From: Alphaproteobacteria bacterium
GTDB lineage: Bacteria > Pseudomonadota > Alphaproteobacteria > Rs-D84
Length of the DNA: 32,000 nucleotides
Direction of reading: 5' to 3'
NCBI GenBank assembly: GCA_017475605.1
Contig: JAFVFD010000002.1
Coordinates: 120,001 to 152,000 of the forward strand
Positions within the stretch are counted from its first letter, which is position 1; every line of letters begins with the position of its first letter. This document shows positions 1-8,946 of the stretch, piece after piece. Made by a program: the position numbers and the translations under genes. The notes under the pieces are model-generated. The model saw nothing but the letters and a program-made list of their open reading frames with translations, was not told the DNA's origin and searched no databases.

Positions 1-892
1 TTTGCACCGCACAACCTTTACTTAAAACAACACAATCCGTACCATTTGAATTAGGCGAATACCCATCCAAACACAACAAATGTTCTTTACCAACTTTTTT
101 TAAGTGTGGAGCAGAATTATAATATTTATTACAACACGAACACCCAGTTTCTGTACTTGTATATGCCAACTTTGCCCGAACAACAACAGGAGAAACAAAT
201 GCCCCATGTCCACCAGGAGCCCATTTTGTTACTGCCAAAATCATATCGTATTCTTCTTTGTTTTTTTCTTGGTTCATATGAAACATAGGCAACAAATCTT
301 CTATGTTTTGTGCGGCTTTTGTTACCATTTTAAAACCACTGAATTGATTTTTGTTCATAGTTGTTGTGTTACAACTAGATGCTTGTGTACTATTGCGACA
401 CTCTGTCCCAGAAAAGCCATCACGACACAACCAAAAACACTTTGAACCAGAAGCCGATTCAAAATATTCAGTACGGGCTTTTTCATCAACATCCTTATGA
501 CAATTGAACCAAGCCCAATGTTGTTTATAATCATCATTACTGGCCTCTAGTTGTGTTACGCAGAATTCAGCCCCATTCGCATTCACCTTACGAGCCATTA
601 AAACTAAAATTGCACCTGCATCTGTTTTTGTACCATGCTTTTTTGACAAATCACCAATCTTGTTATTTGTCCATACACCACAATCACTGAAACTGTCCCC
701 TATACAAGCCACATCACTATTAGAATGTTCAATAGCAGTAATAGTATAATTCTTAACACCAAAAAAATCGCGAATTTCTTCACTAATTTGATTATTTGTT
801 ATTGCACCGAAAGCGACATTCAATATGAATGTGTACACAAAGGCGAAAGAAAAGCCGCCCCGTATCAATCGGCTTTTTGATTTAAATAACAT
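1..892 (-). CDS. Secreted cysteine-rich protein with EGF-like half-motifs (5' part only; continues past the left edge)
   Basis: Absent from the ORF track because it has no stop in the window. I checked the minus frame (plus-strand triplets starting at 2,5,8...) codon by codon and it is stop-free from 892 to 2. ATG at 892-890 has GGGAG ~8 nt upstream. N-terminus MLFKSKSRLIRGGFSFAFVYTFILNVAFGA/ITNN is a Sec-type signal peptide. There are 14 Cys in the 297 visible residues, including LCRDGFSGTEC and CLDGYSPNSNGTDC (C-x2-G-[FY]-x4-8-C). The start overlaps the 3' end of the upstream gene by 28 nt. Confidence 0.65.
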   Translation of the reverse strand, partial: MLFKSKSRLIRGGFSFAFVYTFILNVAFGAITNNQISEEIRDFFGVKNYTITAIEHSNSDVACIGDSFSDCGVWTNNKIGDLSKKHGTKTDAGAILVLMARKVNANGAEFCVTQLEASNDDYKQHWAWFNCHKDVDEKARTEYFESASGSKCFWLCRDGFSGTECRNSTQASSCNTTTMNKNQFSGFKMVTKAAQNIEDLLPMFHMNQEKNKEEYDMILAVTKWAPGGHGAFVSPVVVRAKLAYTSTETGCSCCNKYYNSAPHLKKVGKEHLLCLDGYSPNSNGTDCVVLSKGCAVQ

Positions 893-3174
893 GTGCCGTT
901 CTCCCAATATCCACCAATGAAGTTACATCTGTTTTCATACCATTCAGTTGTAAAATTACATTTTTCGGTTTTTTCGTCATATTTGGCATAACCTTTACCA
1001 CCAGTTGCAACATCTTGTGCCTGGCATTGCATTTCAACTGTATTTTGAATACAGATTCCCCAATTTTCGGCTTTGTCTGTGTTGCCACCATATACGTTTC
1101 TATAAAAGCTGGATACATATGGAATATTAGTGCTATGGGTAACATCCTGTGCCATAGTTTTTGCCTCGTCAACTTTTTCCAACCACACCCCATCAAGCAA
1201 CTCACACTGTGTTGCAAGTTTTTGCGCCAAATCGATTTGAATATCATCAACCAATCTGTTTATAACTGTTGTTGTTTCTGCACCGGTCATGGTTGAATTA
1301 CAATATGTTTCGGACATCTTGTTAAGATTTGTTCTAAGTTCTGCTTCACTCATCAAACGGCAATTCCATGGATAGCCAATCGTACCTGATGTTGGTGTAC
1401 ATAATTCCTTGGCATAGTTTTCCATGGCAACTTCGCAACCTTCGTTAATACGAACAGTGTCAACACTGTCCACAAACTTGGTCAACGCGGTTAAACCACA
1501 GGCAGTTGCATTTTGCAATTTTCCATCATTACCAAAGTTACAAGATTCGCCATTCCCATATAACGCGGCGCATGCCGAAACCTTGTCCATGCACATTTGC
1601 TTTGCCGCATAGGCGGAAAGGGCACCGGTCATTTGTGCGGTTGTGGTATCAAAATCTTTCAATGCGGACGATTGTGTGTCATAGCATTCAGCCATGGTGC
1701 TTACGCAACTCATTTTGACTTCTTCTATCTTTTCATCTTGTGCCTGGGCAATTTCAATTAACGCTGTGCGTTTGAATTCTTCCCATACTATTTTTTGTAT
1801 ATCACGACAAGTGTCCAACGCGGTTGTTGCGAACATTTTGCGCGATTCCAAGAATCTGTTGAATTCTGGGTTTACGCCCAAAACATCCATACTGGTGTCG
1901 GAACCCGTATAACCCGGTAATGTAATAATATCTGTTAATTGGAATAAACGTGGCGAATAAATTGGTTCGCCGGTCGACTGATTAACATATGCACCCGTAT
2001 AGTCCAGGCAACGTTTATAGTTTGCCCCACACGCTGTGTCGGCGGTAATTGCCGCACGAACCTTGGATATACATTCATTAACATCGGCACTGTTGTGGGA
2101 ACGATATTCGTCCAAACGTGCCTCGCGTAAATACTTTTCCGCAGTACGAACGGTTTGTTTTACAGCCTCGACCTTTTTATCGATATTCTTTTGATATGCG
2201 TTACAATCTTGTGTAATCAGAATACTGTACGAAGAACGCGCCATGTTCGACACAGCGGCACTTTCGCACGAAGAAGAAACAAGATTCATACACTGTTTAT
2301 TCGCGGCATTATATAAATTAACACCTTCTAATTCCGACAGGTTTTGCCCACCACCATTACCACCAAAGATTGAAGAACCACCGTCGGACCAAATGTCGTC
2401 AATGTCCCCAGAAAAATCAAGCGACAGGACACCCAACGATGTCGAACTGGTGTTCGCGGTATATGTCTTCTTTTTACCGGACAACAAATCACCAATTTCA
2501 TCCAGCATCTTGGCCGCGCCACTGGTATCGTTTTTAATTGCCGCTTCGCCAACTGTGGCGGAATACATGGCGTTAACCTCGGCTGCGGTTTTATCAACCG
2601 CATTTAAATTATTATCTTCGAACCGCATTAATAATGTTTTTGCCTGGTCCAAAGCATCTTCTGTATTGCGGAATTCGGCAAAGCGCGAACTGCAATAGCA
2701 ACGACGATATGTATCGTTTGCGTTTGCACAGAATTGATCCATACATGTCGCATATGCTTCGCGGCAATTGGCATAGCCACCACCAATTTTAGAAATATCG
2801 TTAAATACCGCGGTTGCACGCGCAACAGATGCACGCGACACATTTGGTTTTACCGCGGAACGTGCCGTTGCACCACCGGTTGCACTGCGCGCATTGGTTG
2901 CGCGAACGGTGGTCGCACTGCGCCCAACGGTTGCCGCGCCACGCATAGCATTAGACACAACCGCACCACGCGCCGATGCCCGCGCATCAGCCGCACGCGA
3001 AACCGTACGATTTGTTGTCGCACGCGAAACAGTTGCCGAATCGGTACCACGTGTATTGGTCGCCGTCATTGACGAACCACGTGGGTTGGGGGCCTGGACC
3101 GACATCGCATCAAAGCCCACAAATACGGTCGCAGCCGCAATCAAAGAACGTAAAAGATTTATCCGGTTAAACAT
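865..3174 (-). CDS. Secreted 769-aa cysteine-rich protein with a basic R/A/S/T-rich N-terminal region; no recognisable family
   Basis: Long ORF in the track. Signal peptide MFNRINLLRSLIAAATVFVGFDAMSVQA. Residues ~29-125 are low-complexity with Arg every 5-9 residues (TVSRATTNRTVSRAADARASARG...). The remaining ~640 aa are helix-like and carry 28 Cys by my count, none before residue ~137. Confidence 0.8.
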   Translation of the reverse strand: MFNRINLLRSLIAAATVFVGFDAMSVQAPNPRGSSMTATNTRGTDSATVSRATTNRTVSRAADARASARGAVVSNAMRGAATVGRSATTVRATNARSATGGATARSAVKPNVSRASVARATAVFNDISKIGGGYANCREAYATCMDQFCANANDTYRRCYCSSRFAEFRNTEDALDQAKTLLMRFEDNNLNAVDKTAAEVNAMYSATVGEAAIKNDTSGAAKMLDEIGDLLSGKKKTYTANTSSTSLGVLSLDFSGDIDDIWSDGGSSIFGGNGGGQNLSELEGVNLYNAANKQCMNLVSSSCESAAVSNMARSSYSILITQDCNAYQKNIDKKVEAVKQTVRTAEKYLREARLDEYRSHNSADVNECISKVRAAITADTACGANYKRCLDYTGAYVNQSTGEPIYSPRLFQLTDIITLPGYTGSDTSMDVLGVNPEFNRFLESRKMFATTALDTCRDIQKIVWEEFKRTALIEIAQAQDEKIEEVKMSCVSTMAECYDTQSSALKDFDTTTAQMTGALSAYAAKQMCMDKVSACAALYGNGESCNFGNDGKLQNATACGLTALTKFVDSVDTVRINEGCEVAMENYAKELCTPTSGTIGYPWNCRLMSEAELRTNLNKMSETYCNSTMTGAETTTVINRLVDDIQIDLAQKLATQCELLDGVWLEKVDEAKTMAQDVTHSTNIPYVSSFYRNVYGGNTDKAENWGICIQNTVEMQCQAQDVATGGKGYAKYDEKTEKCNFTTEWYENRCNFIGGYWENGTCYLNQKAD

Positions 3175-3199
3175 TAAAATACATCTCTCTGTGTTATGT

Positions 3200-3229
3200 A
3201 TTTTATCATTTTTGGGGTACCCTTATCAA
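3200..3229 (-). promoter_or_regulatory. Candidate sigma70-type promoter for the 865-3174 gene
   Basis: Minus strand reads TTGATA - 18 nt - TAAAAT, ending ~25 nt upstream of the ATG at 3174. Confidence 0.35.
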
Positions 3230-3231
3230 GC

Positions 3232-3747
3232 CTATTTTATAATGAACCAAAAAATCAGTGTAACAATCAACAATGCGCCCAATGGCCAAACAACCTTTTG
3301 AAATGGGAACCATGCGTGGCCGCCGTTTTTTGCCTTGATATTCTGATACCATTTGCCCGCCAACCAGAAAACGATTGAACCAACAATAACCCCCAGCAAG
3401 AAACTGTCCACGCCCCAAAGTGTTGTTGCGTTGAATCGCAGGGTCGGATTACCCACCGGCAAAACATATATCAGTGCCAGCAGACCATAATAAACAACAT
3501 AGTTCAACAAATATAAAAATCTGTTTTTAATTCCATGTGTCGCCATATAATTCGCCGTCCACGCAGAAAGCGACAACATCAAACCACCGGCCCAAAGCCC
3601 GGTTATAACATCGTCAACCCCCAAAACACGTGCACCTTCTAATCCGGCACCAACCGCAACCGTACACACCGGGCAAAACGCATGCGCCGCGCCAGCCATA
3701 AATACGGCTGACAAAAAACCAAACAAGCAAGACAAACCCTTTTTCAT
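3232..3747 (-). CDS. Polytopic membrane protein with a CPVC (CxxC) motif after the first hydrophobic segment
   Basis: 171-aa ORF with RBS AAAGGAAAGGAA upstream. MKKGLSCLFGFLSAVFMAGAAHA/FCPVCTVAVGAG is followed by about four more hydrophobic helices. No family recognised. Confidence 0.7.
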   Translation of the reverse strand: MKKGLSCLFGFLSAVFMAGAAHAFCPVCTVAVGAGLEGARVLGVDDVITGLWAGGLMLSLSAWTANYMATHGIKNRFLYLLNYVVYYGLLALIYVLPVGNPTLRFNATTLWGVDSFLLGVIVGSIVFWLAGKWYQNIKAKNGGHAWFPFQKVVWPLGALLIVTLIFWFIIK

Positions 3748-3799
3748 TGATATTCCTTTCCTTTGATTTCTTTATACTACATTATTTTGGCCTTTTGGG

Positions 3800-4645
3800 T
3801 CAATATGATTTTACGACACCGCGCATATGCGCACTGCGCGCACGTGGATTCGTATTCAATTCCGTCTCGGTTGGTGTTTGCGCCCGTATTAATTCAAATG
3901 GGGCGGGGCGGATTGCCGGCAAACGCGCATCGCCCGGTGCGGTTGTCCATGCCCGAAAAGTGTTTTTTACAATTCTGTCCTCGATTGAATGAAATGTTAC
4001 ACAGATACATTTTCCACCAATATTTAATCGTGCCGGCACGCCCGCCAATGCGCGTTCCAGTTCGCCCATTTCGTCATTAACCGCGATGCGTAATGCCTGA
4101 AATACCGGCGCGATATCATTTGGGTTAAATATCAAATCGCGTAATTCAAATGTGGTTTTTGGGGTGGCATCCTTGAACGCACGCGCCAAAACATTTGCCT
4201 TTTTAACATCGCCATAGTCGCGCAATATTCGTGCCAATTCATCGGGCGACTTTGTTTCAATCAATTCGGCGGCGGTCATACCAGTTTCCGACATGCGCAT
4301 ATCCAATGGCGCATCAAAGCGAAATGAAAACCCACGCGATGCAACATCAATCTGCATTGACGAAATCCCCAGGTCAAACACAATCGCATCAAATGTTTCA
4401 TCTAAATCAATTAAATGCGAAAATGTTTCAGATATAAACCGGAACATATTGCCGTATTCTTTTTTTATGCTTTCGGCATCGGCGGCAACATTAGGGTCGC
4501 GATCAAACGCAACGACATGCGCCCCCGCATCCAAAAAAGCCCGCGTATATCCACCTGCGCCAAATGTGCAATCAACGATGCGCTTTCCACGAATATCGCC
4601 CAGGGCATTTATAACCGCATCTAATAATACAGGTATATGTTTCAT
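3800..4645 (-). CDS. rsmH: 16S rRNA (cytosine1402-N4)-methyltransferase RsmH (MraW)
   Basis: HIPVLL...DCTFGAGGYTR (SAM-binding site), FDLGISSMQID, RGFSFRFDAPLDMRM, FQALRIAVNDE and TFHSIEDRIVK match the RsmH family signature blocks. Confidence 0.9.
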   Translation of the reverse strand: MKHIPVLLDAVINALGDIRGKRIVDCTFGAGGYTRAFLDAGAHVVAFDRDPNVAADAESIKKEYGNMFRFISETFSHLIDLDETFDAIVFDLGISSMQIDVASRGFSFRFDAPLDMRMSETGMTAAELIETKSPDELARILRDYGDVKKANVLARAFKDATPKTTFELRDLIFNPNDIAPVFQALRIAVNDEMGELERALAGVPARLNIGGKCICVTFHSIEDRIVKNTFRAWTTAPGDARLPAIRPAPFELIRAQTPTETELNTNPRARSAHMRGVVKSY

Positions 4646-7600
4646 TATTCTATTTCCACCTTTATTCCCAACGCAACCATATCTGTTGCCGTTGTCGGCC
4701 CCAATTCAACCCCACCATTAAGACGAATCTTGGTTGTCGCACCACCAGAATGCAGATTTAATTCCACGCGTGTCGCACCGCGTTTCAATCCAGACAATGA
4801 TTTTTTCACATCCGCCAAAACCCTGGCATTAGATATATCAAGTGTCATTTTGCGTGCTATTTGTGCGACCCATTGGGTAAGTGGCATAATAGAATCAACA
4901 AAAATCGACACACGATCATCGCGATTTGATGTTTTACCAGATATTAAAACAACACTTTCGCCTTCTAGTATTCGGGCAAATTCAATCGCTGAATCACCAA
5001 ATGCAACCGCATCAATATTACCGGTACTGTCCGATGCGTTTATAGTTATCATTTCTTTGCCGGTCTTGGTACGACGACGCGAAAAAGAACCTACGTTTGC
5101 GGCAATTTGGACCTGTTTTCTGTCGCCCAGTCTGTCTAACGTAGCACTTGTTGCCAATCCGGCGCGCGTTATCAGATGTTTATATTGATCCAACGGATGC
5201 GCCGATATATAGAATCCCAATGCCGCCAATTCATTTTCCAAACGCTGTGAAAAAGTCCATGGTGTCGTTTTAGTAAGATTTTTGTGTAATCTGTCTTCGG
5301 ACACATCGTCTTCAACCGTATTCGCAAAAAGCGATAACGAATTTGCACCTTCCTTGGACTTAGATGCATACAACAAAATCGCATCAGCATTCATAAATAT
5401 CAATGCGCGGTTTGGTTCCAACGAATCTAAAACACCGGTTCGCGCGAATGCTTCCAGTATTCGTTTGTTCATAAATGGGGCACATCGTTTCGCAAAATCA
5501 GTCAAATTCTTAAACTTGCCATGTTCCGCACGTTCGCGCACAATAACATCCGTTGCGGCAACCCCAACCCCCTTAATCGCGGCAAGACCATATATAATCT
5601 TGCCATCTTTGACGGTGAACAAAGATTCACTTGTATTAATATCCGGAGGAACAATCTGGATACCGAAATTAGTTTTCGCATCATCTATTAACAGCACCAG
5701 TTTTTCGGTTGCGTTCAATTCACTGGACATGGCCGCCGCCAAAAATTCAGGTGTATAGTTCGCCTTTAAATACGCACATTGATTCGCAACAATGGAATAG
5801 GCGATTGCATGCGATTTATTAAAAGCATATTCCGCGAATTTTTTAAACTTTTCCCACAAATCTTTGGCTTGTTCATTATTAAGTGTTCCTTTCTTTTCGC
5901 AACCTTTAAGGAACAAAACCTCTAATTCCGCCAATAATTCCAGTTTCTTTTTACCCATGGCCTTACGCACAGTATCCGATTGACCGCGGGTAAAATCCGC
6001 CAACGCACGCGTCAGTAACATAACCTGTTCCTGGTACACGATAATGCCATAGGTTTCCTTTAATATAGGTTCGGCCAGGGGGTGCACATATTCAATTTGT
6101 TCTTCGCCATGCATACGCGCAATAAATTGCGGAATATATTGAATTGGTCCCGGTCGGTTCAACGCGTTTAACGCGGATATTTCCAGGAAATTAGTCGGCC
6201 GCATTTTGCGCAGGGTTTGCTTTACAAACGGGGCATCGAATTGGAATATGCCTTCGGTAAAACCGTTTTGCCATAATTCAATTGTCTTTTTATCATCGGT
6301 CGGTATTGTGTCCAGGTTAACATTGATGCCGCGTGTTTGCTGTATAAGTTTAACGGCATTTTTCAACACAACCAATGTTTCCAAGCCCAAGAAGTCAAAC
6401 TTGATTAAGCCTGTTGCCTCCAAATAATGGCCGTCATATTGGCTGGACGGTAACTGGTTTGATGGGTCGCGATACACCGGTGCGATTTTTGTTGTTGGAC
6501 GATCGCCAATAACAACCCCGCACGCGTGCTGCCCAAGGTTTCTGAAACATCCCTCTAACTGTTCGGCGATTTCCACAACCTTGTTCATGTCGGAATCATT
6601 TGCCAAAACATCTTGAATTTCCTTGGATTCATTAACCGCGCCGGCCAATGTTTTCGCATCGTCCGGTATAAGTTTTGTGAAGCGGTCTGTTTTAGAATAG
6701 GGCAACCCATATACACGACCAACATCGCGGACGGCCCCCTTGGCCTTTAGACCACCAAATGTAATAATACGACAAACAGATTCAGCCCCATACTTATCGC
6801 ACACGTGCTTCAATACGGTTTCTATGCCTTCTGGTTCAAAATCAACGTCAAAATCAGGCATAGAAATACGATCCGGATTCAAGAAACGTTCAAACAGCAA
6901 CCCATATTTTAGTGGGTTAACATGCGTGATACCCAGTGCCCACGCAATAATAGAACCCGCACCCGAGCCACGCCCAGGACCCGTTAGAATATCATTGTTT
7001 CGACACCAATTAATATATTCCGCAACGATAAGGAAATACCCCGGGAATCCCATACCTATCACAACATCAAGTTCAAATTCCGCCTGGTCATAATAGGGCT
7101 TGGTATCCTTAATCTTGTGTTCTTTTAACCGTTTGGCCAAGCCCGCCATTGTATTATCGCGCAACATTTGACATTCGGTTTTAAAGTCGCGCCCAAAACG
7201 TGGCAACAATGGTTTTTCCTTTACATTAACCATAAAGCCACAACGTTCCGCAATCACAACAGTGTTTTCTATTGCTTCTGGCAAATCTGAAAACAATTCA
7301 GTCATTTCGGCGGTTGTTTTAAAATATTGTTCCGAAGATTTGCGTGGCCGGTTTGGATCAATAACCTTGGTTTGTCCCAAAATACAGGACAGGGCATCTG
7401 TGGCCTCGTAATCATCCTTGGTGGCAAAGCAGACATCATTTGTGGCAACAATTGGTATATTTAAATCGCGCGCAACCGACAAAAACAAAGGTTCGGTCTT
7501 GATTTCGCTTTCTAAACCATGCCGTTGAATTTCTATGTAAAAACGGTCGCCAAATATATCAAGGAATCGCGTTGCGTATGTACGAACCAACGAATCTTGC

Positions 7601-8091
7601 TTGTTCAAAATCGCCATACCCAATGGCCCATTGTGTGCGCCCGAAAGACATATAACACCATCACTGTGCGATTGTAATTCATCAAATGTTATATACGGTC
7701 CCAAATGGTGATTTTCGCCACGCATATACATAATTCGCGATAATTCGCACAGGTTCAAATACCCATCATGATTTTGTGCCAATAATACAATTTTACTTAA
7801 ACTTGATTCCCGTAAAATCTTGGGATCTGCGGTATGATGATTAAGCGATATTTCCACACCAATAATAGGCTGAAGATGCTTTGCCGGCAAAACATCAGAA
7901 AATTCGGCACAACCCGACATCAAATTAGTATCCGTCAACGCACATGCGGTCATACCATCCGCTATACACAACGCAGGTATTGTTTTTGCCACAACTTCTG
8001 GTGGTGCCTTTTTCCCGGCATTGATAACCAATGTCGATGCGCCGATTGATAATCGGGTATGTGTGTGAAGATGAACGAACTGTCCTGCCAT
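4645..8091 (-). CDS. dnaE: DNA polymerase III alpha subunit
   Basis: Protein of ~1,150 aa with an N-terminal PHP domain (FVHLHTHTRLS), polymerase core motifs (GRGSGAGS, FLIVAEYINW, PDFDVDF) and a C-terminal OB region. Start chosen at ATG 8091 (MAGQFVHLHTH), which aligns with the DnaE N-terminus. The track ORF extends to 8133. The stop TAA overlaps the rsmH ATG (TAATG). Confidence 0.95.
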   Translation of the reverse strand: MAGQFVHLHTHTRLSIGASTLVINAGKKAPPEVVAKTIPALCIADGMTACALTDTNLMSGCAEFSDVLPAKHLQPIIGVEISLNHHTADPKILRESSLSKIVLLAQNHDGYLNLCELSRIMYMRGENHHLGPYITFDELQSHSDGVICLSGAHNGPLGMAILNKQDSLVRTYATRFLDIFGDRFYIEIQRHGLESEIKTEPLFLSVARDLNIPIVATNDVCFATKDDYEATDALSCILGQTKVIDPNRPRKSSEQYFKTTAEMTELFSDLPEAIENTVVIAERCGFMVNVKEKPLLPRFGRDFKTECQMLRDNTMAGLAKRLKEHKIKDTKPYYDQAEFELDVVIGMGFPGYFLIVAEYINWCRNNDILTGPGRGSGAGSIIAWALGITHVNPLKYGLLFERFLNPDRISMPDFDVDFEPEGIETVLKHVCDKYGAESVCRIITFGGLKAKGAVRDVGRVYGLPYSKTDRFTKLIPDDAKTLAGAVNESKEIQDVLANDSDMNKVVEIAEQLEGCFRNLGQHACGVVIGDRPTTKIAPVYRDPSNQLPSSQYDGHYLEATGLIKFDFLGLETLVVLKNAVKLIQQTRGINVNLDTIPTDDKKTIELWQNGFTEGIFQFDAPFVKQTLRKMRPTNFLEISALNALNRPGPIQYIPQFIARMHGEEQIEYVHPLAEPILKETYGIIVYQEQVMLLTRALADFTRGQSDTVRKAMGKKKLELLAELEVLFLKGCEKKGTLNNEQAKDLWEKFKKFAEYAFNKSHAIAYSIVANQCAYLKANYTPEFLAAAMSSELNATEKLVLLIDDAKTNFGIQIVPPDINTSESLFTVKDGKIIYGLAAIKGVGVAATDVIVRERAEHGKFKNLTDFAKRCAPFMNKRILEAFARTGVLDSLEPNRALIFMNADAILLYASKSKEGANSLSLFANTVEDDVSEDRLHKNLTKTTPWTFSQRLENELAALGFYISAHPLDQYKHLITRAGLATSATLDRLGDRKQVQIAANVGSFSRRRTKTGKEMITINASDSTGNIDAVAFGDSAIEFARILEGESVVLISGKTSNRDDRVSIFVDSIMPLTQWVAQIARKMTLDISNARVLADVKKSLSGLKRGATRVELNLHSGGATTKIRLNGGVELGPTTATDMVALGIKVEIE

Positions 8092-8150
8092 GTGCGATAC
8101 CATACAAAAAATACTGCGGTTGGGCAACCACAATATTCCTAAAAATTAGT

Positions 8151-8873
8151 TTATTTGAATTTCGGCGAATTTTTATACCGATTCCAAAAACGATTGAATA
8201 CGAACATATCGGTTTCAGGGTTCATCGCAACGGAACACATGTCCCAATCAATGATGCCAATTATGTTCATATCATCGTCAAACAAGAAATTTGTTTCATT
8301 CAAATCAAAGTGCGCCAAAACCGGATGTGGTGTATCCGTCTTTGGCTCGGTCGCGCGTTCTGGTTGTAAACTGTGCATATAGTTTTCGTGGTGTGGTATA
8401 GATTCAATTTTTATCGCTTGAATTTCTTTGATAATATTGGCAACTTGTTTTTTGATTTTAGGCTCGTTTTTCAAAATTGTCGCAGCATCAAAATCATTAA
8501 TTCCGCGCCCTGGAATCTTTTCTGTAACATACATCGCCATCTTGTTATCGGCATGAACAACCGGGATGCGAACACTTATGTGCTTGGCCACAAAATCTGT
8601 CAGTTTTTTATAATTTTTAACGCGTTCTGGGGTAATGTTTCTAAACAATTTAACATAATATTTGTCGTTAACAACCAGACACACACGATTAAGGTTGATT
8701 TGACGAACAAATCTAATTGTTTTTACACGTACATGATATGTACGCCGTATAAAGCGTTTTATACGCGGTGTGTATAACACGCGATTTATATTGCCCCGAA
8801 CACGCGCGCGACGCGCGCCATCCGGCACAAACATTGTAACAAAGTTACCTATATAAAATGGTATTTTGCTCAT
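8151..8873 (-). CDS. Small APH/choline-kinase-like phosphotransferase family protein
   Basis: Brenner-type catalytic motif HFDLNETN (HxDxxxxN), followed by IIDWD. Putative ATP-binding Lys lies in YYVKLF. Basic N-terminus. Start taken at ATG 8873 (MSKIPFY); the track uses TTG at 8879. Confidence 0.65.
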   Translation of the reverse strand: MSKIPFYIGNFVTMFVPDGARRARVRGNINRVLYTPRIKRFIRRTYHVRVKTIRFVRQINLNRVCLVVNDKYYVKLFRNITPERVKNYKKLTDFVAKHISVRIPVVHADNKMAMYVTEKIPGRGINDFDAATILKNEPKIKKQVANIIKEIQAIKIESIPHHENYMHSLQPERATEPKTDTPHPVLAHFDLNETNFLFDDDMNIIGIIDWDMCSVAMNPETDMFVFNRFWNRYKNSPKFK

Positions 8874-8946
8874 TACCAATCCTACATTTGCTTACTAAGA
8901 AATAATACCCAAATCTTGATATAAAAACAAGACTTAAATATTTTCA

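Noticed and set aside
104-537. Track ORFs 104..445(+), 106..288(+) and 355..537(-)
   Set aside because: All lie inside the stop-free minus-strand frame (1-892), which has a signal peptide, an SD and a coherent Cys-rich sequence. The track ORFs are low-complexity, Cys/Phe-rich translations of the wrong frame or strand.
2243-3301. Cluster of overlapping ORFs on both strands (2243..2698+, 2328..2603-, 2734..3072+, 2850..3050-, 2894..3301+, 2976..3170+)
   Set aside because: They overlap the 769-aa gene. The locally GC-rich Arg/Ala/Thr/Ser codon run of its basic leader suppresses stops in all frames. Their products are Arg/Pro-rich nonsense with no starts or RBS context.
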